Of a stretch of 64,000 bases of DNA, positions 10,357 to 21,596 are shown one piece after another. The position numbers and the translations under genes are program-made. Source of the stretch: Candidatus Dasytiphilus stammeri (GTDB taxonomy: Bacteria > Pseudomonadota > Gammaproteobacteria > Enterobacterales > Enterobacteriaceae); contig CP145875.1 of the NCBI GenBank assembly GCA_041942865.1, positions 248,819 to 312,818 of the forward strand. Direction: 5' to 3'. The notes under the pieces are model-generated. The model ran no database searches and was not told the origin of the DNA. It saw only the letters and a list, made by a program, of their open reading frames with translations. Within the stretch, counting starts at the first letter, position 1; every line of letters begins with the position of its first letter.

Positions 10357-11388
10357 ATGATTCAGATATATCCTGAACAACTTAATGCACAGTTACACCA
10401 GAAGTTAAATTATTGCTACATTCTAGTAGGTCATGATCCTTTGCTATTGCAAGAAAGTCAGGATACCGTGCTAAGGTTTGCTCAGAAACATGGTTTTAAT
10501 GAGCATTTGCATTTGACCTTTAATAAAAATAATACTAACTGGAATGAGATTATTAATCATTTTAATACCCCCAGCTTATTTTCTATACAACGTACACTAT
10601 TGCTGAAGGTGCCAGAAGAAGACAAAGGATTTCGTCCCAAAGTAAGTGAGAGATTATTGAAGCTTATAAAATTATTGCATAATGATATTATATTAATTAT
10701 TATTATTCCTTATCTTACAAAAGAACAAGAAGAAAGTTATTGGTTTGCTTCATTAAGTCAGAAGAGTGTAGTTGTTCATTGTTTTACGCCTGATAAATTT
10801 AAGTTACCACAATGGGTCTCTCAAAGAGCAAATGCCATAGGATTGAGAATTGAAGAAAAAGCTATACATTTTCTTTGCTATAATTATGAAAATAATTTAT
10901 TAGCATTAGTTCAAACTATGAATATGCTTGTTATGCTGTGGCCTGATAAGATGATGACACTTCAATGTCTCACCAGATTGGTGAATGATGTTGCGCATTT
11001 TACTAATATAGATTGGGTGGATGCTATACTTGAAGGTAAAAGTAAACGAACCTTGCATATACTTCATCAGTTACGTATCACCGGAAACCAAATCCATTTA
11101 CTATGTTACCGTTTGCAACGCGATTTAATTACAGTGCTAACTTTACAGCGCAAAATAATACCGGCACCTTTATTTTGGGAGCAAATTGGCTATAAGCGTC
11201 GGATTCCATTTACTAAAGGTATACAACGCTTGAATTATCAACGTATTAAGCTAGCTATATGCTTATTAGCACGTATAGAAATCGCGCTCAAAAAAGAGCA
11301 CCAAGATACCTTATTATGGTGTCAAATAGAAAAGATCTCATTACTGTTAAGCGATCCGAGATTTCCGGAGAGTTTTGCTCATTTATGA
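10357..11388 (+). CDS. holA: DNA polymerase III delta subunit
   Basis: MIQIYPEQLNAQL...GHDPLLLQESQD is colinear with E. coli HolA (MIRLYPEQLRAQL...GNDPLLLQESQD). 343 aa. Confidence 0.88.
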   Translation: MIQIYPEQLNAQLHQKLNYCYILVGHDPLLLQESQDTVLRFAQKHGFNEHLHLTFNKNNTNWNEIINHFNTPSLFSIQRTLLLKVPEEDKGFRPKVSERLLKLIKLLHNDIILIIIIPYLTKEQEESYWFASLSQKSVVVHCFTPDKFKLPQWVSQRANAIGLRIEEKAIHFLCYNYENNLLALVQTMNMLVMLWPDKMMTLQCLTRLVNDVAHFTNIDWVDAILEGKSKRTLHILHQLRITGNQIHLLCYRLQRDLITVLTLQRKIIPAPLFWEQIGYKRRIPFTKGIQRLNYQRIKLAICLLARIEIALKKEHQDTLLWCQIEKISLLLSDPRFPESFAHL

Positions 11389-11606
11389 CAGTAAATTTTG
11401 GCTACTTAACATTTAGAGGTAGAAAATAAAGATGCGTGGGTAACCCCGTATTTAAAGAATCATCATTGAAATTACTGCTGTCTATTCTAAAAATGATCGT
11501 ACTGAAGTATGGAACTATTAGTTTTAAACGGGATGGTGATAAAATTCATAAACAACCTCTAAATTGTACGTTACTGCGCGTCTAAGAATATTAATATTAA
11601 CCATAC

Positions 11607-12233
11607 ATGCCTTACGATAAATTTATTATTCGCCATCTGGGGTTACAACCTTGGTCCAAGGTGTCTCATGCCATGCATCAGTTTACTCAACAGCGTCATG
11701 CAATAACAATTGATGAATTATGGTTAGTAGAGCACTTTCCAGTTTTTACTCAGGGAACTCGAACAGATCCTAAACATCTCATTAATACCGGTGAGATTCC
11801 AGTACTCCAAAGTGATCGCGGAGGAAAGGTTACTTATCATGGCCCTGGTCAGCTAATTATGTATATGATGATTGATTTAAAAAGGCGTCAAATTAGTGTT
11901 CGGAGGTTAGTTAATGTAATTGAGCAAACGGTTATCGATACTTTAAAATTCTTTAAGATTGAAGCTCATGTATGCTCTAATGCTCCAGGTGTTTATATTA
12001 ATGATAAAAAAATTTGCTCGTTAGGTTTGCGAATTCACCATGGATATTCTATGCATGGATTGGCACTGAATGTAGCTATGGACCTCTCCCCTTTTGAACG
12101 TATCAATCCTTGTGGTTATGCAAATCTTAAAATGACACAATTAAGCATATTTAAGCCCGAGATTACTGTTTTACAAGTTCAGCCAGTACTCATAGATAAT
12201 TTTATCAGGAATTTTTCATCAGATTTTAAATAA
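11607..12233 (+). CDS. lipB: octanoyltransferase LipB
   Basis: RGG.VTYHGPGQL, KICSLG.R and HG.ALNV motifs. Confidence 0.9.
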   Translation: MPYDKFIIRHLGLQPWSKVSHAMHQFTQQRHAITIDELWLVEHFPVFTQGTRTDPKHLINTGEIPVLQSDRGGKVTYHGPGQLIMYMMIDLKRRQISVRRLVNVIEQTVIDTLKFFKIEAHVCSNAPGVYINDKKICSLGLRIHHGYSMHGLALNVAMDLSPFERINPCGYANLKMTQLSIFKPEITVLQVQPVLIDNFIRNFSSDFK

Positions 12234-12307
12234 AATGAAATTAATAAATAAATATCATATACTTTTATATTTTAAAAGGATAATCATCCTATGTATGCAG
12301 GTGTGAA

Positions 12308-13288
12308 ATGAACTTTAAATCTAAATCTATCGACCGTGGTGTAAAATATCGTGATCAAGATAAAGTAAGATTAATTTCTAATAAAAATAATCTAGATAGT
12401 ACAGCTAAACAAAAATTACTAAAAAAACCCGAATGGATTAAGATAAAATTACCGGTTAATTTTAACCGTATCCAAAACCTTAAAGCACTAATGCGTAAAA
12501 ATAATTTATCTTCAGTTTGTGAAGAAGCATCCTGTCCTAATCTTGCTGAATGTTTCAACCATGGTAAAGTTACTTTCATGATTTTAGGGGATATTTGTAC
12601 TAGGCGCTGTTCATTCTGTGATATAGCACATGGAATACCATTGCCTCCAGATCTCAATGAGCCCAAAAATTTAGCCAAAACTATTAATGATATGAATTTA
12701 CGCTATGTCGTTATTACTTCTGTTGATCGTGATGATTTACCTGATGGTGGTGCTCAACATTTTGTAAATTGCATACATGCTATAAAGGAAATGAACTATT
12801 TAATTAAAATTGAGATTTTAGTTCCGGATTTTCGTAGATGTCTTAATCGTGCACTTGATATTTTAAGTACTATGCCACCAGATGTCTTTAACCATAATGT
12901 TGAAACCGTTCCTGGTATGTATCGTCAAATCCGTCCAGGAGCTAGTTACGATTTCTCTTTAAAATTACTAGCAAATTTTAAAGAAGCACATCCTAATATA
13001 TTAACTAAATCTGGTCTAATGGTTGGTTTGGGTGAAAATTATAATGAGATTCTTACTGTTATGGAAGATTTACGTAATAATGGCGTAAACCTCCTAACAA
13101 TAGGTCAATACTTACAACCAAGTCAACATCATTTCCCTGTAAAACGTTATGTTAGTCCAGATGAATTTGAAGATTTAAGACAAAAGGCTTTAGCGATGGG
13201 ATTTACGCATGCAATATGCGGTCCTTTTATCCGTTCTTCTTATCATGCTGATATATATGCATCTGATCAATTAAAAACCCGACATTAA
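12308..13288 (+). CDS. lipA: lipoyl synthase LipA (radical SAM)
   Basis: [14 protein letters not shown] auxiliary cluster and [10 protein letters not shown] radical-SAM cluster. Colinear with E. coli LipA. Confidence 0.95.
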   Translation: MNFKSKSIDRGVKYRDQDKVRLISNKNNLDSTAKQKLLKKPEWIKIKLPVNFNRIQNLKALMRKNNLSSVCEEASCPNLAECFNHGKVTFMILGDICTRRCSFCDIAHGIPLPPDLNEPKNLAKTINDMNLRYVVITSVDRDDLPDGGAQHFVNCIHAIKEMNYLIKIEILVPDFRRCLNRALDILSTMPPDVFNHNVETVPGMYRQIRPGASYDFSLKLLANFKEAHPNILTKSGLMVGLGENYNEILTVMEDLRNNGVNLLTIGQYLQPSQHHFPVKRYVSPDEFEDLRQKALAMGFTHAICGPFIRSSYHADIYASDQLKTRH

Positions 13289-13299
13289 GACGGGTTTTT
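13273..13299. terminator. candidate bidirectional intrinsic terminator between convergent lipA and cspE
   Basis: AAAAACCCG-acattaaga-CGGGTTTTT inverted repeat (9-bp stem). The lipA stop codon lies in the loop, and A/T runs flank both sides. Confidence 0.55.
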
Positions 13300-13315
13300 A
13301 ATTCTGACTGTTAAC

Positions 13316-13525
13316 TTACACAAGAATAACGTTAGCAGCAGAAGGGCCTTTAGCGCCATTAGTGATTTCAAACTCTACACGCTGTCCTTCAGCCAGAGTT
13401 TTAAATCCATTACTCTGGATAGCAGAAAAATGAACAAATACGTCTTTACTACCATCTTCAGGAGTAATGAAACCGAATCCTTTAGATTCATTAAACCATT
13501 TAACGTTACCTTTAATCTTGGACAT
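13316..13525 (-). CDS. cspE: cold-shock-domain protein CspE
   Basis: [37 protein letters not shown] is essentially identical to E. coli CspE. Confidence 0.93.
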   Translation of the reverse strand: MSKIKGNVKWFNESKGFGFITPEDGSKDVFVHFSAIQSNGFKTLAEGQRVEFEITNGAKGPSAANVILV

Positions 13526-13948
13526 TAATTTTACCTTTAAAAAAAATTAAAATTTGACACTAAAATAGTGTCAATTGTTAAATACAGCAATTACATCTAA
13601 TTTTATCCAGTATATCATAATGAAAATACTAAGTATTAAATTTTTTTATGTTGATATGGTGTTGTTGAAGTTAAATTACCTTAATGTTATTACATTCCGT
13701 ATGTAAGATTATATATCATCAATAATATTTGTCCAAATGATAATTAATCTGAAATCAATTTAAATTTTTTTTCTATGGTTACATCAATTACAACATTCGA
13801 GACGTTGAATCAATTCATTTTACACTAAATAGCAACCCTATAGATATTAGGAGGACTGCTAACATTCAATAATAAGAATACTGCAAAATGCCACCGACAC
13901 TGAATTATACTAACATTTTTGATTTAATTAAAGATTCACATCTGGTTT

Positions 13949-14296
13949 TCAACCATTCGACATCATATAATTCAGATTCCACATGATCCACAATGAACCT
14001 ATTACTAGTAACGCAATTATTAGTATACTAAATATTAAAGCTAATAAATTCCAACGTACTTCCTCTTTGGCAAAGCTATTAAGATGCAGGAAACATACCA
14101 AATGAACAATGATTTGTACTACCGCACAAGTTACAATTATAAATAAAGTACTATGATATGGTAGTCTCCTAGTCATTACTATCAAAAATGGGATCACAGT
14201 TAAAATTATTGACAGAATAAACCCTATTAAATAATTTTGAACGCTGTTATGAAATTGAGATTCTCTTTTAAAATTCAATGTCTCTATCGGTTTCAT
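13949..14296 (-). CDS. cyoD: cytochrome bo3 ubiquinol oxidase subunit IV
   Basis: [13 protein letters not shown]...VHLVCFLH...IMWNLNY matches CyoD. Start trimmed to MKPIE; its ATG overlaps the cyoC stop (TAATG). Confidence 0.88.
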   Translation of the reverse strand: MKPIETLNFKRESQFHNSVQNYLIGFILSIILTVIPFLIVMTRRLPYHSTLFIIVTCAVVQIIVHLVCFLHLNSFAKEEVRWNLLALIFSILIIALLVIGSLWIMWNLNYMMSNG

Positions 14297-14883
14297 TATA
14301 AACTTCCAATGAGATATACTACAGTAAAGACACAGATCCATATGACATCTAAGAAATGCCAGAATAAGCTCAAGCATTCCATCCTCGTTATGTTGATTGT
14401 CGTAAGACCACGCTTATATAGTTGATAAATCAATACTACCATCCATACCAATCCTGAGATTACATGTAGACCGTGGGTACCTACTAGTGTGAAAAAAATC
14501 GATAAAAATCCGCTGCGTTGGGGACCATAGTTTTCGGTAACTAATTTATGAAATTCATACATTTCCATGTAGATAAAACACAGACCTAACATCCAAGTTA
14601 ATCCTAACCATATCATTCCCTTAGTTACATTAGAAGTTTTACTAATACTAACCATAGCAATACCATAACTTACCGAACTTAATAGCAAACATGCAGTTTC
14701 CAACAATACCAATGGCAGATTGAAAATTTCCTTGCCCATGGGACCATCAGCAGTTCCATTAACTAAAACTGCATAGGTAGCAAACAGAGATGCAAAAAGA
14801 ATGCAATCACTCATTAAATATATCCAAAAACCAAAAACTTTATTAGCATTTATCACAGAGTGAGATATAGCTTTATTTGACAT
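14296..14883 (-). CDS. cyoC: cytochrome bo3 ubiquinol oxidase subunit III
   Basis: [15 protein letters not shown]...GTHGLHV...WHFLDVIWI motifs. Confidence 0.92.
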   Translation of the reverse strand: MSNKAISHSVINANKVFGFWIYLMSDCILFASLFATYAVLVNGTADGPMGKEIFNLPLVLLETACLLLSSVSYGIAMVSISKTSNVTKGMIWLGLTWMLGLCFIYMEMYEFHKLVTENYGPQRSGFLSIFFTLVGTHGLHVISGLVWMVVLIYQLYKRGLTTINITRMECLSLFWHFLDVIWICVFTVVYLIGSL

Positions 14884-16864
14884 GGTTTGATCCTAATTTT
14901 GCTAATCCTTGAAAACGTTGATTCTCAAATTTTACAATCTCACTAAGAGGTACATGATATTCCAGATCTTCATCAAAGCTTTTTACAATCCAAGATATAA
15001 TGATTCCTAAAAAAGATATTATAGCTAACCACCAAATATACCATATCATGGCAAAACCAAACAATGCACTAAAAGCGGCAATTATAATCCCCAGATTACT
15101 ATTTTTCGGCATATGGATTTCTTCATAAGGTAAATTTTTTATATAAGCTTCATTTCGGCGTTTCATTTCCCAGAAAGCGTCACGTTCCGTTACTTTTGGT
15201 ACCATAGCAAAATTGTAAAATGGTGGAGGCGACGAAGTTAACCATTCTAACGTACGTCCATCCCACGGATCTCCAGTAAAATCAATATTTTGATGGCGAT
15301 CAATAATAGATATATAAATTTGTATTACGAAACATAAAATTCCAATCGCAATGAGTACGGTACCAAAAGCCGCGCTTACTAAAAGCGTATGAAATTCTGG
15401 ATCGATATTTTGACTAATTCTGCGGGTCATTCCCATTAAACCTAGGAGATACAAAGGGATAAAAGCGATTAAAAAACCAATAAACCAAAACCAAAACGCA
15501 CGCTGCCCCCAAACTTCATTCAACTTGAAACCGAAGGCTTTAGGAAACCAGTATGTTAATCCGGCAAAACAGCCGAAAATAACCCCACCGATAATCACAT
15601 TATGAAAATGTGCAATGAGGAATAAACTGTTATGTAATACATAATCAGCACCTGGTACCGCCAATAGAACACCTGCCATACCACCAATTGAAAAGGTTAT
15701 AATGAAACCTATTGTCCATAGCATAGCGGAGTTTATCTGAATACGTCCTTGATACATAGTAAATAGCCAGTTAAATATTTTAACCCCGGTTGGAATAGCT
15801 ATGATCATAGTACTAATACCAAAAAAAGCATTAACATTAGCACCGGCTCCCATAGTAAAAAAATGGTGCAGCCATACAATAAATGAAAGAATAGTAATAA
15901 CTATAGTTGCCCAAACTAGAGAATTATAACCGAATAGTCTTTTTTTAGAAAAAGTTGCGACTACTTCTGAGTAAATTCCAAAAACTGGCAGAACTAATAT
16001 ATATACTTCTGGATGGCCCCATGCCCAAATTAAGTTAATATACATCATCATGTTTCCACCCATATCATTAGTAAAAAAATGAGTACCCAGGTAACGATCC
16101 AGAGTGAGTAAAGCAATAGTTGCAGTCAATATGGGAAATGCGATAATAATAAGAACGTTAGAGCACAACGCTGTCCAAGTGAATACGGGCATTTTGAACA
16201 TGGTCATGCCTGGAGCACGCATCTTAATAATTGTCACTAAGAAGTTAATCCCTGTTAACGTAGTGCCAATCCCTGAAATTTGTAAGCTCCATATCCAATA
16301 ATCCACTCCGACACCGGGACTGTATTCAATCCCGGAAAGTGGAGGGTAAGCCACCCAACCAACCTTAGCAAATTCTCCCACTATAAGTGAAATATTAATC
16401 AATGCTACACCGGCAGCTGTCATCCAAAAGCTCAAATTATTAAGAAATGGAAAAGCAACATCACGTGCTCCAATTTGCAGCGGTACTACAAAATTCATCA
16501 GACCAATAATCAACGGGGTTGCCACAAAAAATATCATAATAACACCATGCGCCGTAAAAATCTGATCATAGTGTTCAGGTGGTAAAAAACCGGTTTCACC
16601 GGCGGAGGCTAAAACTTGCTGACCACGCATCATAATAGCGTCAGCAAAACCACGAATCATCATTACTAAAGCTAAAATAATGTACATTATCCCTAATCGC
16701 TTATGATCTACGGATGTCATCCATTCTTTCCATAGATATTTCCATTTTCCCGAATAAGTGATTACCGCTATTATTAAGAAACTAATTACTAGAAGGGTAG
16801 TAACCGTGCCCATGATAATAGGCTCTTTGTATGGGATAGCGTTTAGTGTTAATTTTCCAAACAT
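14873..16864 (-). CDS. cyoB: cytochrome bo3 ubiquinol oxidase subunit I
   Basis: 663 aa heme-copper oxidase subunit I ([27 protein letters not shown]). Same length as E. coli CyoB. Confidence 0.96.
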   Translation of the reverse strand: MFGKLTLNAIPYKEPIIMGTVTTLLVISFLIIAVITYSGKWKYLWKEWMTSVDHKRLGIMYIILALVMMIRGFADAIMMRGQQVLASAGETGFLPPEHYDQIFTAHGVIMIFFVATPLIIGLMNFVVPLQIGARDVAFPFLNNLSFWMTAAGVALINISLIVGEFAKVGWVAYPPLSGIEYSPGVGVDYWIWSLQISGIGTTLTGINFLVTIIKMRAPGMTMFKMPVFTWTALCSNVLIIIAFPILTATIALLTLDRYLGTHFFTNDMGGNMMMYINLIWAWGHPEVYILVLPVFGIYSEVVATFSKKRLFGYNSLVWATIVITILSFIVWLHHFFTMGAGANVNAFFGISTMIIAIPTGVKIFNWLFTMYQGRIQINSAMLWTIGFIITFSIGGMAGVLLAVPGADYVLHNSLFLIAHFHNVIIGGVIFGCFAGLTYWFPKAFGFKLNEVWGQRAFWFWFIGFLIAFIPLYLLGLMGMTRRISQNIDPEFHTLLVSAAFGTVLIAIGILCFVIQIYISIIDRHQNIDFTGDPWDGRTLEWLTSSPPPFYNFAMVPKVTERDAFWEMKRRNEAYIKNLPYEEIHMPKNSNLGIIIAAFSALFGFAMIWYIWWLAIISFLGIIISWIVKSFDEDLEYHVPLSEIVKFENQRFQGLAKLGSNHVK

Positions 16865-16881
16865 TACTTTATTCCTTAAAT

Positions 16882-17808
16882 CTATTTTATTTGTGAGTTA
16901 TGTGAGATTGACTCGGAATTAGGCTTAACAATCTTTCTAAGTTTTCTAGGTTTCATAAACTTATTTTGAATATCTGTAAACAAACTAGGTTTGACACTAG
17001 AGAAAAATTCTACCGGATGATTTTCGCTAGGGGTTGCTAGTTTTTCTAACGATTCCATTGTATTTAAAGTTGCTGGTGCCTGTTTGGCTTGAGCTATCCA
17101 ATGATTAAAAGAAGCTACATCAGGTGTCGCAATCACGGTAAATTTCATACCAGAAAAACCTTTACCACTATAAGCAGAAGAGATTCCTTTATAAACCCCA
17201 GGTTCATTTGCTATCAAGTGTAATTTTGTCTGCATCCCCGCCATGGCATAAATTTGACTACCGAGACGCGGAATAAAAAATGAATTCATCACAGACCAAG
17301 AAGTTATTTTAAATTCAACCGGAGTATTAACTGGAAAAGCCAGTTGATTAACGGCAGCCACGGATTGCTTAGGATATATAAATAACCATTTCCAGTCCAT
17401 TGAAACCACTTCAATGGTTATCGGCTTGACATGAGAATGTATTGGTGTCTTAGGTTCCAGTAAATAAGTGGTTTTCCAGGTAATAAATCCTAGCAAAGTG
17501 ATAATTAAAATAGGGATTATCCAGACGATTGCTTCAATTTTGTAAGAATGTGCCCATTCTGGACGGTATTTAGCATGAAGATTAGTATTTCGATACTTGA
17601 CCGAGAAACCAATAGCCATAATGATAGCAGGGATAACTACAATTAACATTAAACCAAGAGCAGTTAAGATGAGTGAACGTTGTTCAATACCAATTTGTCC
17701 TTTGGGATTTAACAAAGCAATATCACAACCACTTAGCAATAAAGTCATTGCAATTACCGACGATAATAAAATATTTTTACTATGTCCCATTTGAGACCTC
17801 AATGACAA
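16882..17808 (-). CDS. cyoA: cytochrome bo3 ubiquinol oxidase subunit II (lipoprotein)
   Basis: LLSGCD lipobox, two TM segments, cupredoxin-like domain ([18 protein letters not shown]). Sits in the cyoABCD order. Confidence 0.92.
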   Translation of the reverse strand: MSLRSQMGHSKNILLSSVIAMTLLLSGCDIALLNPKGQIGIEQRSLILTALGLMLIVVIPAIIMAIGFSVKYRNTNLHAKYRPEWAHSYKIEAIVWIIPILIITLLGFITWKTTYLLEPKTPIHSHVKPITIEVVSMDWKWLFIYPKQSVAAVNQLAFPVNTPVEFKITSWSVMNSFFIPRLGSQIYAMAGMQTKLHLIANEPGVYKGISSAYSGKGFSGMKFTVIATPDVASFNHWIAQAKQAPATLNTMESLEKLATPSENHPVEFFSSVKPSLFTDIQNKFMKPRKLRKIVKPNSESISHNSQIK

Positions 17809-18067
17809 GGATTATCTTGTAGCTTAAGATTATATGGTTATTTATTTTACGAGAAGGTGTTAATGCTGTAAACATAATTGCAATTGCATGTTTGTCTATT
17901 GTATTGTTGGTTGCTATCAAGTTTCTATACAAATAAAATGTTATAATATAATGCGATTAGACTAAAATTCTAATCAGAGTATCGATATAATGTATTGAAA
18001 TGTTATGCTACATGCATTTTCCCTATGAGTCGATTAAATAGCAACCCCTGGTTTGTGAGGTAATAAT

Positions 18068-19369
18068 ATGCCAGTATCAGTCGAAACTAATCATCGCCTT
18101 AGGCGGAAAATAAAAATCACTATAGCAGCAGATCATATTGAAAATATGGTTAAAAAAGAACTATTCCATTTGGCGTCAAAAATTTCTATGAACGGGTTTC
18201 GGAAAGGTAAAGTACCCCTAAAAATTATAGTACAGCGTTATGAATCTTCTATTCGCAATGATGTATTAAAAGATCTCATGCAGAACCATGTTAGGGCGGC
18301 AATAACTAAACAAAAAATTCGTCCAGTAGGCCAAGTGAAATATGTTTCAAATGAATATCAAGTTGGTCAGGATTTTACCTATTTAGTAGAGTTTGAAGTA
18401 TATCCCAACATTGAAATTAAAAAATGGGAAAATTTTAAAATTGAAAAACCACGGGTTGAAGTTACCGAACCAGATGTGGATAATATGTTAATGACTCTTC
18501 GCCAACAGCAAGAATCGTGGAAAAAAGCTACTCGGGCAGCCAAAGCAGGTGATCGTGTAACAATTGATTTTATTAGTGTAGAAGACGGTAAAAATGTTGA
18601 AAAATTCACGGATGCGGTTCTGGTCATCGGACATGGACTGATGCCTTTAGATTTTGAAACCGGTATTATCGGTCATCAATCAGGAGAAACTTTCATAGTT
18701 GAAGTGCGTTTATCTGATAATCTTCAAGGTAAACTTGCAAATTTCTCGATTTTACTCAAAAAGGTAGAAGAGCTGGAACTTCCAGAATTAAATCTAGATT
18801 GGATTAAAAGTTTTATGCCAGATGAAAGCTCTATATCAGAAATCCGCAATAAAATCCGCCAATACCTGGAACGTGAACTAAAATGGGCAGTGCGTAGTTA
18901 TATTAAATTGCAGGTATTTAATGAATTATTAAAATCTAATACAATTGATCTTCCGGTTTCACTTATTGAAACCGAAATTGAAAGATTACGGCGCCAAAAT
19001 AGTCTTTATTTAGTAAATAATGGGAACAATCTTCTACCCTTACCCAGGAGTTTTTTAGAAGAAAATGCAAAAAAACGTGTTGCTATAAATTTATTATTAA
19101 GTGAATTTATTCGTATTCACCATATTCAAGCTGAAGAATCTAGGATTAAAGTATTCCTGGAAGATTTATCAGCTACATATGACAATCCGAAGAAGGTAAG
19201 GAAAGATTTTAGTAAAAATAATCAGATAACCAATCATTTTTATAACCTGATTTTAGAAGATCAAGCGATAAACATGATTATTAATAAATCGATTGTTAAT
19301 GAAACAGTAATGTCATTTAGAGATCTTATGGGTCATATAAAGAATAACCGTTGGATTGATATTTACTAA
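18068..19369 (+). CDS. tig: trigger factor
   Basis: VSVET....R...ITI...I, GFRKGKVP ribosome-binding motif. Colinear with E. coli Tig. Confidence 0.93.
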   Translation: MPVSVETNHRLRRKIKITIAADHIENMVKKELFHLASKISMNGFRKGKVPLKIIVQRYESSIRNDVLKDLMQNHVRAAITKQKIRPVGQVKYVSNEYQVGQDFTYLVEFEVYPNIEIKKWENFKIEKPRVEVTEPDVDNMLMTLRQQQESWKKATRAAKAGDRVTIDFISVEDGKNVEKFTDAVLVIGHGLMPLDFETGIIGHQSGETFIVEVRLSDNLQGKLANFSILLKKVEELELPELNLDWIKSFMPDESSISEIRNKIRQYLERELKWAVRSYIKLQVFNELLKSNTIDLPVSLIETEIERLRRQNSLYLVNNGNNLLPLPRSFLEENAKKRVAINLLLSEFIRIHHIQAEESRIKVFLEDLSATYDNPKKVRKDFSKNNQITNHFYNLILEDQAINMIINKSIVNETVMSFRDLMGHIKNNRWIDIY

Positions 19370-19455
19370 ATAATGAAAATATCGCCGATGCCACATTTAA
19401 TATTAAAATGATCAGGTTACTATTTCAGTAACGAGACGATGAGGAGATTAACATT

Positions 19456-20088
19456 ATGTCATATCATGGCAAAACTGCAGCAGGAGCCGACATTCCATCT
19501 CAGATGATGTTAGTTCCTATGGTTGTTGAACAGAGCTCTCGTGGTGAGCGTGCTTATGATATTTACTCACGCCTACTTAAAGAACGTATCATTTTTTTGA
19601 CTGGTCCAGTAGAAGATTACATGGCAAATTTAATTGTGGCACAATTATTATTTCTTGAAGCGGAAAATCCAGATACAGATATTTATTTATATATAAACTC
19701 ACCAGGAGGCGCAATTACGGCAGGAATGTCTATTTATGACACCATGCAGTTTATCAAGCCTAAGGTAAGTACCATATGTATAGGAATAGCAGCTTCAATG
19801 GGTGCATTTTTACTGACAGCTGGTGCTAAAGGTAAACGATTTTGTCTTCCTAATTCACGGATTATGATTCATCAACCTTCAGGAGCTTATCAAGGGCAAG
19901 CAACTGATATAGAAATACATGCCCGTGAAATTTTGAAAATAAAAACGAGGATGAACCAAATCATGGCTCAACATACTGCCCAGCCACTTGAAGTAATAGA
20001 AAAAGATACAGACCGTGACTGTTTTCTTTCGGCGAATGAAGCAATAGAATATGGATTAGCGGATGCGATTTTGACACATCGTGCATAA
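19456..20088 (+). CDS. clpP: ATP-dependent Clp protease proteolytic subunit
   Basis: [16 protein letters not shown] (Ser), IMIHQP (His) and DTDRD (Asp) catalytic-triad contexts. Confidence 0.96.
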   Translation: MSYHGKTAAGADIPSQMMLVPMVVEQSSRGERAYDIYSRLLKERIIFLTGPVEDYMANLIVAQLLFLEAENPDTDIYLYINSPGGAITAGMSIYDTMQFIKPKVSTICIGIAASMGAFLLTAGAKGKRFCLPNSRIMIHQPSGAYQGQATDIEIHAREILKIKTRMNQIMAQHTAQPLEVIEKDTDRDCFLSANEAIEYGLADAILTHRA

Positions 20089-20177
20089 TCATCAAAATAT
20101 TAAGATTATAATAGTAAACCTAAATTCAATATGTACAGGTCCTAATTACGGACCAAAATAATAAAAGGGGTTAATTG

Positions 20178-21458
20178 ATGACAGATAAGCACAAAGACAG
20201 TTCAGGAAAAGTGCTGTACTGCTCTTTTTGCGGTAAAAGCCAGCATGAAGTAGGTAAACTCATTGCAGGACCGTCTGTATATATCTGTGATGAATGTGTT
20301 GATTTATGTAATGACATTCTCATAGAAGAAATAAAGGACGTTACTACACACCGTGAAATCAGGGAGTTGCCAACTCCACATCAAATTCGCCAGTATCTTG
20401 ATGATTATGTTATCGGTCAAGAACAAACCAAAAAGGTGCTAGCAGTCGCGGTATATAATCATTATAAACGTATTATTCATAAAATGGATACAATTAATAC
20501 TGGTATCGAAATTGGGAAAAGTAATATACTTTTAATTGGTCCTACTGGCAGTGGTAAAACTCTTTTGGCAGAAACTTTAGCACGCGTGCTTGATGTGCCA
20601 TTTACTATGGCGGATGCTACCACCCTGACTGAAGCCGGATATGTTGGTGAAGATGTTGAGAATATTCTTCAAAAACTCCTGCAAAAATGTGACTATGATG
20701 TTCATCAAGCACAACATGGGATTGTTTATATTGATGAAATTGATAAAATTTCACGTAAATCTGATAATCCTTCCATTACCAGGGATGTTTCCGGAGAAGG
20801 GGTCCAACAGGCACTCTTAAAAATCATTGAAGGAACAGTTGCTGCTGTACCTCCACAGGGTGGTCGTAAGCATCCACAACAGGAATTTTTACAAGTAGAT
20901 ACTTCTAAGATTCTATTTATTTGTGGGGGTGCATTTGCTGGATTGGATCAAATTATTAACCAAAGAGTGGACATGGGATCTAGCATTGGTTTTGGAGCTA
21001 ATGTCAAGGGAAAGAAACAAAGAACATCTGAAAGCCAGTTACTCGAACAGGTCGAACCAGAAGACTTAATTAAGTTCGGTTTAATTCCAGAATTCATTGG
21101 TCGTCTTCCCATTGTTACTACACTTAAAGAACTCAATGAAGAAGCATTAATTAAGATTTTAATAGAACCTAAAAATGCCTTGATTAAGCAATATCAGGCA
21201 CTTTTTAATCTAGAAGGTGTAAAATTAGAATTTAGTGAGGAAGCATTAACATCTATTGCACATAAAGCGATGCGGCGTGAAACAGGAGCACGTGGGTTAA
21301 GTTCTATTATTGAATGCATGTTATTACATACCATGTATGACCTACCTTCCATGAAAGATGTGGAGAAAATCGTAATTGATGAATCAGTTATTGAAGGTCA
21401 GACCAAACCAAGATTTATTTATAGTAAACAAAAAACCAAACAAGCATCTTGCGAATAG
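20178..21458 (+). CDS. clpX: ATP-dependent Clp protease ATP-binding subunit ClpX
   Basis: [11 protein letters not shown]...YICDECV zinc finger, GPTGSGKT Walker [10 protein letters not shown] Walker B. Start set at the ATG 3 nt after the track TTG. Confidence 0.96.
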   Translation: MTDKHKDSSGKVLYCSFCGKSQHEVGKLIAGPSVYICDECVDLCNDILIEEIKDVTTHREIRELPTPHQIRQYLDDYVIGQEQTKKVLAVAVYNHYKRIIHKMDTINTGIEIGKSNILLIGPTGSGKTLLAETLARVLDVPFTMADATTLTEAGYVGEDVENILQKLLQKCDYDVHQAQHGIVYIDEIDKISRKSDNPSITRDVSGEGVQQALLKIIEGTVAAVPPQGGRKHPQQEFLQVDTSKILFICGGAFAGLDQIINQRVDMGSSIGFGANVKGKKQRTSESQLLEQVEPEDLIKFGLIPEFIGRLPIVTTLKELNEEALIKILIEPKNALIKQYQALFNLEGVKLEFSEEALTSIAHKAMRRETGARGLSSIIECMLLHTMYDLPSMKDVEKIVIDESVIEGQTKPRFIYSKQKTKQASCE

Positions 21459-21596
21459 AGATCTTTATTTATCTCTTTAAGATCGCCTGAGGACTTAGTT
21501 AATTCAATAACTAGCAATGAGCCAAACGGTAAAATCCAAGCATGTTGCAAGGTGCTTCAACAATCCGAGCGGGAAAATAAACTAAGAGAGAGCTCT

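Noticed and set aside
11389-11606. Possible ybeD pseudogene remnant upstream of lipB
   Set aside because: The position fits E. coli synteny, but my by-eye match (RIIIEITAVYSKNDRTEVWNY vs [21 protein letters not shown]) has only about 4 identities in 21 and needs frame jumps. That is not distinguishable from chance without a search.
21552-21596. N-terminal extensions of track ORFs (lon from GTG 21552; also cyoD to 14377, grxD to 48651, pntA from 36830, pntB from 38410, ribA from 40798, infA from 55939, maeB to 57543, the GMPR-like gene to 61256)
   Set aside because: Homology to the E. coli proteins starts at internal Met codons that have better SD spacing. The extensions overlap upstream genes or lack conservation.
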